Part shown: in pieces, positions 35,574 to 43,068 of the stretch | How the letters are laid out: every line of letters begins with the position of its first letter | Position numbering within the stretch: position 1 is the first letter of the stretch | Assembly (NCBI GenBank): GCA_038078755.1 | Contig: JBBTSQ010000032.1 | Coordinates: forward strand, 1-47,650 | Source: Patescibacteria group bacterium | GTDB lineage: Bacteria; Patescibacteriota; Minisyncoccia; Phycocordibacterales; JBAYGS01 | Direction: 5' to 3' | Length of the DNA: 47,650 nt | The notes under the pieces: generated by a model | What the model saw: only the letters and a program-made list of their open reading frames with translations | Told to the model about the DNA's origin: nothing | Databases searched by the model: none | Position numbers and translations under genes: made by a program

Positions 35574-35794
35574 GGCTAATTTGTAAGGAGTGGTAGCGAC
35601 TATACAGATCGCCACCCAGCACCTATGTTAGTAATAATGTATTAAATAATTAAATTGTGCGCCACAGCATTCTCAAAGTAAATCCATTGATTCTTCTAAG
35701 ATAGGTGCTGGGTTTGTTTCTAGCTTATATTTTTTAGATGTTGGATGCAAGCACCTGTGCTTGCGCTCTTAGTCCATCAGGAATACTATTATAG

Positions 35795-35974
35795 ATGGAA
35801 ATGAACCTTAACATCCCCCTTGCTATGAAAGATGAAAAAACTCCGTGGCCCCCAATAGCGGTTAAATACTTTAGGCCCATGCTTAGTGCCAAAGGCGCCC
35901 TGATCTTCTTGGCTCTAGGTTTGGGTGTCCCCGCCCTTTGTCTCTTAATCAACAGCTGGATCAGAACCCCCTGA
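35795..35974 (+). CDS. Small hydrophobic peptide (59 aa from ATG 35795, 49 aa from ATG 35825), paralog of the next ORF
   Basis: Hand translation ...MKDEKTPWPPIAVKYFRPMLSAKGALIFLALGLGVPALCLLINSWIRTP. It is below the track cutoff. AATACT lies 7 nt upstream of ATG 35795. Confidence 0.45.
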   Translation: MEMNLNIPLAMKDEKTPWPPIAVKYFRPMLSAKGALIFLALGLGVPALCLLINSWIRTP

Positions 35975-35978
35975 ATTT

Positions 35979-36128
35979 ATGAAGACCCCTGCTACTCATC
36001 GGTATCCAAAGTGGCTCATCAAGAATTGGGGACCACTGCTTACTTCCAAAGGCGCGCGACCGGCGCTTGCCCTCTGTTTTTTGTGCGCACTATTTCTGGT
36101 GTGGGTGGATTTCACTTTTTTCAGGTGA
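35979..36128 (+). CDS. Small hydrophobic peptide (49 aa), paralog of 35795..35974
   Basis: MKTPATHRYPKWLIKNWGPLLTSKGARPALALCFLCALFLVWVDFTFFR. It shares 'P.L.SKGA....LAL' with the upstream peptide, starts 4 nt after that peptide's stop, and is followed by a strong terminator. Confidence 0.45.
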   Translation: MKTPATHRYPKWLIKNWGPLLTSKGARPALALCFLCALFLVWVDFTFFR

Positions 36129-36139
36129 ATAGTTTTGCA

Positions 36140-36171
36140 AGCGCGATGTATCATCGCGCTTTTTCTTTTTT
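36140..36171 (+). terminator. Rho-independent terminator
   Basis: agcgcgatg-tat-catcgcgct followed by tttttctttttt. Confidence 0.8.
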
Positions 36172-36338
36172 AAATCCAAAAATATTTTTGAGTTGTCCCC
36201 AGTTATTATTTTTTTATCATTGTATTTTTTGCAACTAAGCACATACTAGAGATAGTCAATGCAACTATTTTTTGCGCGAACGGTGCAGACGTCGAAAAAA
36301 TAGATTGTACACTTTTAAAAAATAGTTCTTTACTCTCT

Positions 36339-36413
36339 ATGGCAAAAAAGAAGAAGGCTGCAAAGAAGTCAAAAAAGACTTCAAAGAAGAAGGCTTCAAA
36401 AAAGCGCCGTTAG
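36339..36413 (+). CDS. 24-aa Lys-rich micro-protein candidate
   Basis: MAKKKKAAKKSKKTSKKKASKKRR. An AT-rich upstream region precedes it, and a strong terminator follows immediately. Confidence 0.35.
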   Translation: MAKKKKAAKKSKKTSKKKASKKRR

Positions 36414-36419
36414 TCAAAG

Positions 36420-36455
36420 AAAAACTGTTCGCCACGGCGGACAGTTTTTCTTTTG
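36420..36455 (+). terminator. Rho-independent terminator
   Basis: aaaaactgttcgcc-ac-ggcggacagttttt (14-bp stem, one mismatch), then cttttgg. Confidence 0.7.
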
Positions 36456-36633
36456 GTTGGCTATTGTATCTGCGGAGCATACCCTGTCCCTCTACCTCGG
36501 GGTATGCTCCGCAACGAATGGATGTGTCGGCGGAGCCGACACCCTCACAACAAAGTTTTCCCTGTCGCTTCGCCTAACCCCACCCTCGTCTGCGAGGAGA
36601 GGCTTTCCGGAAGGGTATGGACGAGGCAAAACT

Positions 36634-37203
36634 TTACTCACTTGTGCCACATCTCTCTGTTGGCAATACTACTCCTTCCGGTTTTGGACACTTTTCAGAG
36701 TAGATGCAGGCATTATGACTTACTTCTCCGAGCTCTTTTTCAATATACTGTGTTTTTGCGTTGCCATACGAGAGTAGGATTTTATCAAGATCGTTGAAGA
36801 CATAGCCTTGTAATGATGAGGTGGCAACACCGTTTACAAAAAACTGCCATTTTTTACTTGTATTATTAGTGTATGTCACATCAGTTTCGCTCACGAGTGA
36901 TTCATCGGTCAAAGCAAATCCAATCGAGGTGAAGAAATCAGAAACTGTTTGACCTTCTTGATGAATGTGAATTACTTCACCATTTTCATCATGCAGGTGA
37001 GTGTGTTTACTGTTGTAATCGGTAGCACAAATATCGGTTGATGTCATATACCCGTCGTGAGCGAAATCCATTTTGGTGCCGTCGATAAAGACCGCAAAAT
37101 CGGCGTGGATATGGTACGCATGTGTGTCAAAAAGATATCGTTGACTGACATATCCTAGAAGCATGATGGCAATGGCGGAAATAATCCATACGATGTTTTT
37201 CAT
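36634..37203 (-). CDS. Signal-anchored His-rich protein of unknown function (possible metal binding)
   Basis: N-terminal TM 'IVWIISAIAIMLLGYV'. Conserved-looking 'HIHADFAVFIDG' and 'HTHLHDENGEVIHIH' motifs. Confidence 0.6.
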   Translation of the reverse strand: MKNIVWIISAIAIMLLGYVSQRYLFDTHAYHIHADFAVFIDGTKMDFAHDGYMTSTDICATDYNSKHTHLHDENGEVIHIHQEGQTVSDFFTSIGFALTDESLVSETDVTYTNNTSKKWQFFVNGVATSSLQGYVFNDLDKILLSYGNAKTQYIEKELGEVSHNACIYSEKCPKPEGVVLPTERCGTSE

Positions 37204-37214
37204 ATATGTAGATT

Positions 37215-38222
37215 TTATAATAATGTCGGACGATACATTTTTAAATGGTCGTAGGCTTTGGCGGTGGCGGTGCGTCCGCGGGGAGTACGTTCAATAAAGC
37301 CAAGCTGAAGTAGGTACGGTTCGTGGACCTCTTCGATAGTGGCCTCCTCTTCGGAAAGAGCGGCGGCAAGGGTGTTGAGACCGACAGGACCACCACCAAA
37401 TTTTTCGATGAGGGTCGAGAGCAGTGATCGGTCGGCGGGAGTGAGGCCGGCAGAATCTACCCCAAGCATCGTCAGGGCTTTTTCAACTACAGCGTTATCG
37501 AGTGCGCCTTTGTGTACCTGCGCAAAGTCTCGACACCGTTTCAGGAGGTAGTTGGCGGTGCGGGGGGTGAATCGGCTTCGTTTGGCGATCTCTCCTGCGG
37601 CATCGTGAGCGATGTCGATACCCAAAATACGTGCTGATCGAGAAATAATTTTAGCAATTTCTTTTTCGGTATAAAATTCGAGGCGGAACGTACCACCGGA
37701 GAAGCGTGAACGGAGCGGGGAAGAGAGGAGGGCGATACGAGTGGTGGCGGCGATCAGGGTAAATGGTGGGAGTTCGAGCTGGATCGTGCGCGCTGACGGG
37801 CCTTTGCCGATAATAATGTCGAGCGAACCGGATTCCATAGCGGGATAGAGGATTTCTTCGATTGAACGATTGAGCCGATGGATTTCATCGATAAACAAAA
37901 TGTCGCCAGCAGAAAGATTGGTTAGAATCGAAGCCAAGTCACCAACTTTTTCAATGGCAGGGCCGGAGGTCACTTTCATTTGCACGGCAGTCTCCTTGGC
38001 GATGAGGTGGGCGAGGGTAGTTTTGCCTAAACCTGGGGGCCCGTAAAAAAGAATGTGTTCCGGAGGGTGTTTTCGTTCCTTAGCGGCGGTGAGTAAGATG
38101 TGGAGATTGTTCTTGATATTTTCTTGGCCAACATATTCATCCCAACGCGCCGGGCGCAGGGTTTGGTCGAGGAAGGTGTCTTCAGAAGCAGGAGATTTTG
38201 GTACTTTGGTGTCGTCGGGCAT
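37215..38222 (-). CDS. ruvB: Holliday junction branch migration ATPase RuvB
   Basis: Walker A 'GPPGLGKTTLA', Walker B 'ILFIDEIHRL' and 'IERTPRGR'. ATG 38222 ('MPDDTK') has TGCTATAAT 6 nt upstream. Confidence 0.95.
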   Translation of the reverse strand: MPDDTKVPKSPASEDTFLDQTLRPARWDEYVGQENIKNNLHILLTAAKERKHPPEHILFYGPPGLGKTTLAHLIAKETAVQMKVTSGPAIEKVGDLASILTNLSAGDILFIDEIHRLNRSIEEILYPAMESGSLDIIIGKGPSARTIQLELPPFTLIAATTRIALLSSPLRSRFSGGTFRLEFYTEKEIAKIISRSARILGIDIAHDAAGEIAKRSRFTPRTANYLLKRCRDFAQVHKGALDNAVVEKALTMLGVDSAGLTPADRSLLSTLIEKFGGGPVGLNTLAAALSEEEATIEEVHEPYLLQLGFIERTPRGRTATAKAYDHLKMYRPTLL

Positions 38223-38378
38223 TCCTCGATTATAGCAATAATCGAGGAGGGGAGATAGGAGCAAACTATATATACAAAAGACAACGGCTCAACCAGTTCA
38301 TGGTTGAGCCGTTGTTTCAAAATATGCTCCTACAGAGCCATATTTCAGTAAAACAAGGCAGAAAAGTAAGAAAAGTGC

Positions 38379-38407
38379 TTGACTTTTAAAATCGAGTATG
38401 CTATACT
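38379..38407 (+). promoter_or_regulatory. Near-consensus sigma-70-type promoter (TTGACT-17 nt-TGcTATACT)
   Basis: TTGACT at 38379-38384, a 17-nt spacer and TATACT at 38402-38407 with an extended TG. Confidence 0.6.
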
Positions 38408-38413
38408 ATCCAG

Positions 38414-38487
38414 TAGGAACTTTGAGATAGTCCGCATCTGCGGAAAAGAATTGATTGCAACAGCGGTGTTGCAATCAATTTCTTTTT
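38414..38487 (+). ncRNA. Candidate ~75-nt small RNA (unknown class) bounded by the promoter and an intrinsic terminator
   Basis: The predicted start lies about 7 nt after the -10 box. A small hairpin ccgca-tc-tgcgg comes first. A 14-bp perfect stem aattgattgcaaca-gcgg-tgttgcaatcaatt follows, then tcttttt. There is no ORF. Confidence 0.4.
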
Positions 38488-38854
38488 GTTCTATACTCAT
38501 CGTCCTTGTCAATTTTTCTGATTTAACCCTTCCAGGGCTTAAATCTCTAAGTAATGGGATCCCTTACCGGATCTATGTAAGCCTTGCGTAAAGGACGGTC
38601 TGGTTTCTTTCTTCGGAATGACTACTGGTCCTATCCTTAATGCTCTGCTTGACTTTTGGTGTTACATTAAAAGTATTACTTAGAGATTTCAGATCTGGAA
38701 GGAACTTCGTAACAAAACTTTTTCTTTCCTTATTATACTCACTCATTAAATAGAGCAATCTTAAATGTGGACTATTTTCGTGTCGTACTGGTTGACGAAC
38801 CAAAAAATAATTTTTTAACTATCTTTTATAGTGTAGCTATACTAAGATGATACT

Positions 38855-39361
38855 ATGAAGTGGATTTTATTTACTGGAACATGGCGAGTGACAAACGCAC
38901 AGGTTGAAACAGACGTCCGACAGGCCGTACAAGAAATTGTCGAGCGTGGTGATGGTGTGCTTACTGGAGGAGCTACCGGTGTAGATTTTTTTGCCATGGA
39001 CGAGATGTTGCGCATTAACCCGACTTTTTCAAGCCTCAGGGTGATCATTCCTGCGTACCTCGAGGATTACATTACAGATTATTACACTAATTGGTGTATC
39101 GAGCCGATCACCAAAAAAGATATCGAGCACCTAGCTCTGCTATTACGGAAAATAAAAAATATACAACCTACGGCCATTATCGAGATGCCTTATCGAGTCA
39201 TCACACAGACACATTACGATATGAGAAATGACGAAGAGGTGCTACAAGCAGACGGAGTATGTGCTTTTCAGGTTAATGACAGTTCAGGTACTCAATATAC
39301 AATAGATAAAGCAAAACAGACTGGTATACCGATTTTGCTACACAAAAAGTACACACTATAA
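38855..39361 (+). CDS. SLOG-superfamily (DprA/DUF2493-like) Rossmann-fold protein
   Basis: Gly-rich loop 'VLTGGATGVDFFA' and the C-terminal 'DSSGTQYTIDKAKQTGIPI' pattern, as in DprA/DUF2493-type SLOG domains. The 3' end overlaps the pilB 3' end by 6 nt (convergent genes). Confidence 0.55.
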   Translation: MKWILFTGTWRVTNAQVETDVRQAVQEIVERGDGVLTGGATGVDFFAMDEMLRINPTFSSLRVIIPAYLEDYITDYYTNWCIEPITKKDIEHLALLLRKIKNIQPTAIIEMPYRVITQTHYDMRNDEEVLQADGVCAFQVNDSSGTQYTIDKAKQTGIPILLHKKYTL

Positions 39362-41032
39362 CTCTTCGGTGAGGTCAATTACTCGACTCAGTTCATCGAG
39401 CGACGTCACCCCTGCCAAAATTTTAATCACACCATCTCCACGCATATCGGGGATGCCTTGGGGTTTTGCTGCTAATCGAATATCTCGTTCACTTGGATTT
39501 TTCTGTACGGCTTCTTCGATCGCGCGGTCTTTCAAGATCGCTTCGTAGACGCCGGTACGTCCTTTGTAGCCGGTGCCATTGCATGCGTCACAGCCAACCG
39601 CCACAAACATCGTCTCTTTTTGTGTAAGCACATTTGGATCGGGAAGTGTGGCGATAATGGTATCAATCAGCACTTTGTCAGCGCCGGCAATCGGTACTGA
39701 TTTTTTGCATTGCGGACAGAGGGTGCGGACAAGACGTTGCGCCATGGCGATATTGACCGCCGAGGTGATCACTTTTGGATTGATCCCAAGGTCTATCAAG
39801 CGGGGGAAGGTGCCGGCGGCGTTGTTGGTGTGGAGCGTTGAAAAAACTAGGTGACCAGTGAGTGCAGAGTTGATGGCAATTTCAGCCGTTTCCTCATCTC
39901 GGATTTCGCCCACCATAATAATATCTGGGTCTTGTCGGAGTGCCGATCGCAATCCCGAAAGGAAGGTGTAATTTTTAGCATCATCGGTCTGGGTCTGGAC
40001 GATCCCGGGCAGGTGATACTCAATCGGATCTTCGATGGTGATAATTTTAATGCCCGGATTATTTACTTTCCGTAAGAATGCATACAGGGTGGTGGTCTTA
40101 CCGCTTCCGGTGGGGCCGGTGGTCAAAATCATCCCATTAGGTTTTTCGATTTCGTGAAGGAGGATTGATAGTAGTTTTGGACTAATACCCATTTGTTCGA
40201 GTGGGACGGCGATTGATTTGGGGTTGAGCACGCGAAGCACGATGGATTCGCTGTAGGCGCCAGGGATGATTGAGGTTCGGATTTCGATATCTCCGCCGTT
40301 CACGGTCACACTGAATCGCCCATCTTGCGCATCTTTTTTGGTGTTGAGTTTTAGTCCGGAAATCAATTTAATACGAGAAGCGAGGAGATTGTAGGTGTCG
40401 GTATCCAGTCGAGTAATGTCGGTGAGCACCCCATCGAGCCGAAAGCGTAATCGGACCGAATCTTCTTCGGGTTCGATGTGAATGTCCGACGAGTTGGTAG
40501 CAAGCGCGCCGGCGAGCATAATTTCTAATATCTTTGCGATACGAACACCTTTTTTGTTGGCCAACATCTCATCGATTTGCTTTTTGACTTCGACCGTCGA
40601 AGTCAATTTTTTAAGGAAAGCAATAATATCATCGCTTGAGATGTCGAGTGCCCCAGCGCGAGTCTCGAAGGCGTAGGAGAGCGAGGCGTATTCACGAAAA
40701 GCCTTCTCTAAACTTATAGGAGAAGTGATGTAGAGAGTGGGGCGATAGTGTTCGGTCTTGAGCACTTCTATCGCTTGCAGAGCTTTTTTGTTGGTGGCAG
40801 AAAGAAGGGCAATTTTAATATTTTTGCCGGCACTATCAAAGACCGCCATCCTCGCTTCCCGCGCAGTTGCTTCGGGAATGATACGAAGTGCGTCGGTGTT
40901 TACCGCGATGCCTGATAGATCAATATATTCAAGACCAAGGCGGGATGCCATAATCTGCGCGAGCTCCTCGGCTTCTTTTTGTTTTAATTCTTGGAGTCGC
41001 TGATTTTGCCGATCTTCATCAAATTGAACCAT
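39356..41032 (-). CDS. pilB: PilB/GspE-family type IV pilus / type II secretion assembly ATPase
   Basis: Walker A 'GPTGSGKTTT', 'VGEIRDEETA' and 'GHLVFSTLHTN'. A tetracysteine 'CPQC...CDACNGTG' is present, and the N-terminal domain is T2SSE_N-like. ATG 41032 ('MVQFDED') has TGGTATACT 7 nt upstream. Confidence 0.9.
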   Translation of the reverse strand: MVQFDEDRQNQRLQELKQKEAEELAQIMASRLGLEYIDLSGIAVNTDALRIIPEATAREARMAVFDSAGKNIKIALLSATNKKALQAIEVLKTEHYRPTLYITSPISLEKAFREYASLSYAFETRAGALDISSDDIIAFLKKLTSTVEVKKQIDEMLANKKGVRIAKILEIMLAGALATNSSDIHIEPEEDSVRLRFRLDGVLTDITRLDTDTYNLLASRIKLISGLKLNTKKDAQDGRFSVTVNGGDIEIRTSIIPGAYSESIVLRVLNPKSIAVPLEQMGISPKLLSILLHEIEKPNGMILTTGPTGSGKTTTLYAFLRKVNNPGIKIITIEDPIEYHLPGIVQTQTDDAKNYTFLSGLRSALRQDPDIIMVGEIRDEETAEIAINSALTGHLVFSTLHTNNAAGTFPRLIDLGINPKVITSAVNIAMAQRLVRTLCPQCKKSVPIAGADKVLIDTIIATLPDPNVLTQKETMFVAVGCDACNGTGYKGRTGVYEAILKDRAIEEAVQKNPSERDIRLAAKPQGIPDMRGDGVIKILAGVTSLDELSRVIDLTEEL

Positions 41033-41091
41033 AGGGGTAAGTATACCAGACAAGGAGGTATGAAGTATAAAGTAAAAAGTATAACGTATGG

Positions 41092-41122
41092 GGAAAAGAA
41101 AGCGGGGGAAATCGCGAAGCGA
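41092..41122. repeat. GC-rich perfect hairpin embedded in AGTATAA-type low-complexity arms
   Basis: gcgggggaaatcgc-gaa-gcgatttcccccgc. It is flanked by gtatgaagtataaagtaaaaagtataacgtatgggg and its approximate complement. Confidence 0.7.
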
Positions 41123-41299
41123 TTTCCCCCGCCCCACCTTTATACTTTTTACGTTATACATGATACTTCTTCGGGTACTTGACAGAATTATGATTATGGT
41201 ATAGGGTCCTCGATGGAAGGGTAGATATGTGGGGTCGTGTGATTCCACAAAGTCTACCAAAACGTCCTGTCACAAATCAAAAACAGAAGGAAAATCAGT

Positions 41300-41869
41300 A
41301 TGAAAATCAACCTGTCGATCTGTCGGATCGCGAGCTTGCTCGCGGTGGTTCTCGTGTTTGGTGTCGGCTGTGCCATGGGGCGCCCCAGCATTACTTGGAA
41401 AAAGCCGATCCCTGTTCAGAAGGCACCCCTCGTCCCCGCAGGCTACAAGCTGGTGCCGGACACGGCACCAGCGACCGCTCTGACACCCAGTAGCACCAAT
41501 ACTCCGGTAGTCTTGAATCCGCCGGTGGTTGGTCAGGGCACTGCTCCGACCAACGGTCTTGCGATTATCAAGGCACCCGGTATCCTGACGGAAGATCGGC
41601 CAATCAGTTCTGGCAACCCGCCCTTCGAAGTCAACTTCAGTAACCCATTTGATTTTCCTCTGACGGTGGTGATTAATCACAAACACGATCAGAAAATCGA
41701 AGTGCCGAAGAGGGGGTCGAAAAAGGCGCGAATCGATTCGGGTAATCTGGTGGCTGTGTATGAGGTGCTCGTCAATGGTCAGGTGGCATACGTTGGTGAG
41801 GTGAAGACCACGATCGGCATTCCATATGCCAGTGTGGTGCTTTCTTTGCCAGTCACCAGGTCTCCGTAA
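41300..41869 (+). CDS. Secreted/possible lipoprotein, unknown function
   Basis: Signal-like 'LLAVVLVFGVGC', a Pro/Thr-rich linker and a beta-rich C-terminus. A GAAA-loop terminator at about 41893-41922 follows. Confidence 0.55.
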   Translation: MKINLSICRIASLLAVVLVFGVGCAMGRPSITWKKPIPVQKAPLVPAGYKLVPDTAPATALTPSSTNTPVVLNPPVVGQGTAPTNGLAIIKAPGILTEDRPISSGNPPFEVNFSNPFDFPLTVVINHKHDQKIEVPKRGSKKARIDSGNLVAVYEVLVNGQVAYVGEVKTTIGIPYASVVLSLPVTRSP

Positions 41870-42061
41870 GCTTTGCCGACTTTTCGGCTCAAGCGGTTTC
41901 TCGAAAGGGGAGCCGCTTTTTTAATGGGTGGAAAATCACAGGAAAGCCCTGCCAAAAGTGACTTACCCCGAAGGATTTTAGGGGTCATTTTTGGCGGGGA
42001 TTTAAAATACGGCTCTACAGAGCCACTAATTTGCACCACTGTCTGCAAAATCATAAAAAAC

Positions 42062-42090
42062 TTGCAATTTTAATTCGAATATGCTATAAT
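42062..42090 (+). promoter_or_regulatory. Near-consensus promoter TTGCAA-17 nt-TGcTATAAT
   Basis: TTGCAA at 42062-42067 and TATAAT at 42085-42090, with a 17-nt spacer. It lies about 60 nt upstream of ATG 42152. Confidence 0.55.
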
Positions 42091-42151
42091 ATATATAGAA
42101 AAGAGTTAGATGGTCTAGCTCTTCACAAATGTTCGAACCCAGTCCTTTCAA

Positions 42152-42535
42152 ATGAAAAAACTGTTTTTATTCCTGATTCCTTTGGTCGCCGTATTGCTTG
42201 TCGGGTGCATTGCCCCCGATGGCTCGACCTCGACCCCCGTCCTCTTCAAGGGGGATTCGTGGTTGAATGTTGGTATCGGTATCCCCGGCACTGCGTTGGT
42301 GGTGCTGAATGATACCGACGAGAGAATCCTCTTGTCGGTTGATGGTCACGACAAGGCCGTGCTCGAACCTCGAGCAAAAACAAACTTTCGACTGGAGGTT
42401 GTCGGTCGTGACTATCAAACCTGGACGATTATGCTCCAGGGTCCATCAGGGACATACACCAAACAGGTTTCGGCTTCGTATAGCCAGACTTGTTCGCAGA
42501 GCATTGTCCTAAACCGACATATGCTCCGCCGATAA
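42152..42535 (+). CDS. Small lipoprotein, unknown function
   Basis: Lipobox 'AVLLVGC' after a short basic N-terminus, and a beta-rich body. A terminator hairpin follows. Confidence 0.6.
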   Translation: MKKLFLFLIPLVAVLLVGCIAPDGSTSTPVLFKGDSWLNVGIGIPGTALVVLNDTDERILLSVDGHDKAVLEPRAKTNFRLEVVGRDYQTWTIMLQGPSGTYTKQVSASYSQTCSQSIVLNRHMLRR

Positions 42536-42637
42536 GGTCGGCACTGTTCTTTCGCGCTCGCGCCCAACTTTCGTTTGGCGCTTGTTTTTTGCCAGAGAAT
42601 ATGTAATACTGAATACGGAATAAAAAGAAAGTTCTTT

Positions 42638-42838
42638 ATGAAAACGATACACAAACTTCCTTCAGGACAACGCGTGGCTATGATTGGATCTCTGCCACCA
42701 AACAAACTTGGCTACTTTGCGACCCCAGGCCAACAACTTTCTCCAGAAGTCGCCCTTATCATAATCAATGGGCCTCTCACTGCAATGCAAGAAAAGCTTA
42801 CGGCCGAATTGGCTAAGCCAGAAGTTGAGGGTTTATGA
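42638..42838 (+). CDS. 66-aa hypothetical protein
   Basis: The ATG-initiated part of the track ORF 42575..42838. Its stop overlaps the ATG of a further 54-aa ORF. Confidence 0.4.
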   Translation: MKTIHKLPSGQRVAMIGSLPPNKLGYFATPGQQLSPEVALIIINGPLTAMQEKLTAELAKPEVEGL

Positions 42839-42999
42839 GTACAGTAACTACAATCCCCAACACCCGATCTTGGATGGGTGGATCACCAAATGCTTCGCGG
42901 AGATGGTTGGTTCGTCGATTGAAGCAAATCATCAAAGCGCAAGATCGACGGCACCCTTCGTCACCAGCTATTGTAGGATACAACCCATACCGACGGTGA
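42835..42999 (+). CDS. 54-aa basic hypothetical protein (below track cutoff)
   Basis: MSTVTTIPNTRSWMGGSPNASRRWLVRRLKQIIKAQDRRHPSSPAIVGYNPYRR. An ATGA overlap links it to the upstream ORF. The perfect terminator agagcgaacg-ca-cgttcgctct plus a T-run follows at about 43013-43046. Confidence 0.3.
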   Translation: MSTVTTIPNTRSWMGGSPNASRRWLVRRLKQIIKAQDRRHPSSPAIVGYNPYRR

Positions 43000-43068
43000 T
43001 ATTTTTCACACACAGAGCGAACGCACGTTCGCTCTTGTTTTTTTATACAAACAAGCGATACTGTTTCT

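Noticed and set aside
35734-36238. Track ORFs 35734..35952 (minus) and 36011..36238 (plus).
   Set aside because: They have no motifs and overlap each other's region. The plus-strand frame containing two paralogous mini-ORFs ending at a terminator explains the region better.
36440-36633. GC-rich hairpin cluster (gcggagcatacc/ggtatgctccgc, gtgtcggc/gccgacac, cctcgtc/gacgagg) considered as a distinct ncRNA.
   Set aside because: It lies between convergent genes and may simply be stacked terminators. No known RNA family signature was seen, so it is left unannotated.
38573-38803. ORF 38573..38803 (minus strand, 76 aa).
   Set aside because: It has a non-ATG start and no motif. It spans the long-range inverted repeat, which favours a structural or non-coding interpretation.
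41033-41260. N-terminal extensions of track ORFs: pilB to 41260, yidC to 23987, polA to 43771, ruvB to 38264, yebC to 35615, rnpA to 24714 and pcrA to 3430.
   Set aside because: The extensions translate low-complexity repeats, promoters or terminators. Internal start codons with a -10 box 6-9 nt upstream give N-termini that match the family consensus.
42120-42150. tRNA-like T-loop string 'gttcgaaccc', and a general search for tRNA, tmRNA, RNase P, SRP and 6S RNAs in the long spacers (35616-36340, 36440-36633, 38290-38850).
   Set aside because: The flanks cannot form a T-stem or acceptor stem. None of the conserved signatures was found on either strand (GGTTCGAATCC..CCA, GAGGAAAGTCC, or the GGAA-tetraloop SRP domain IV with AGCA).
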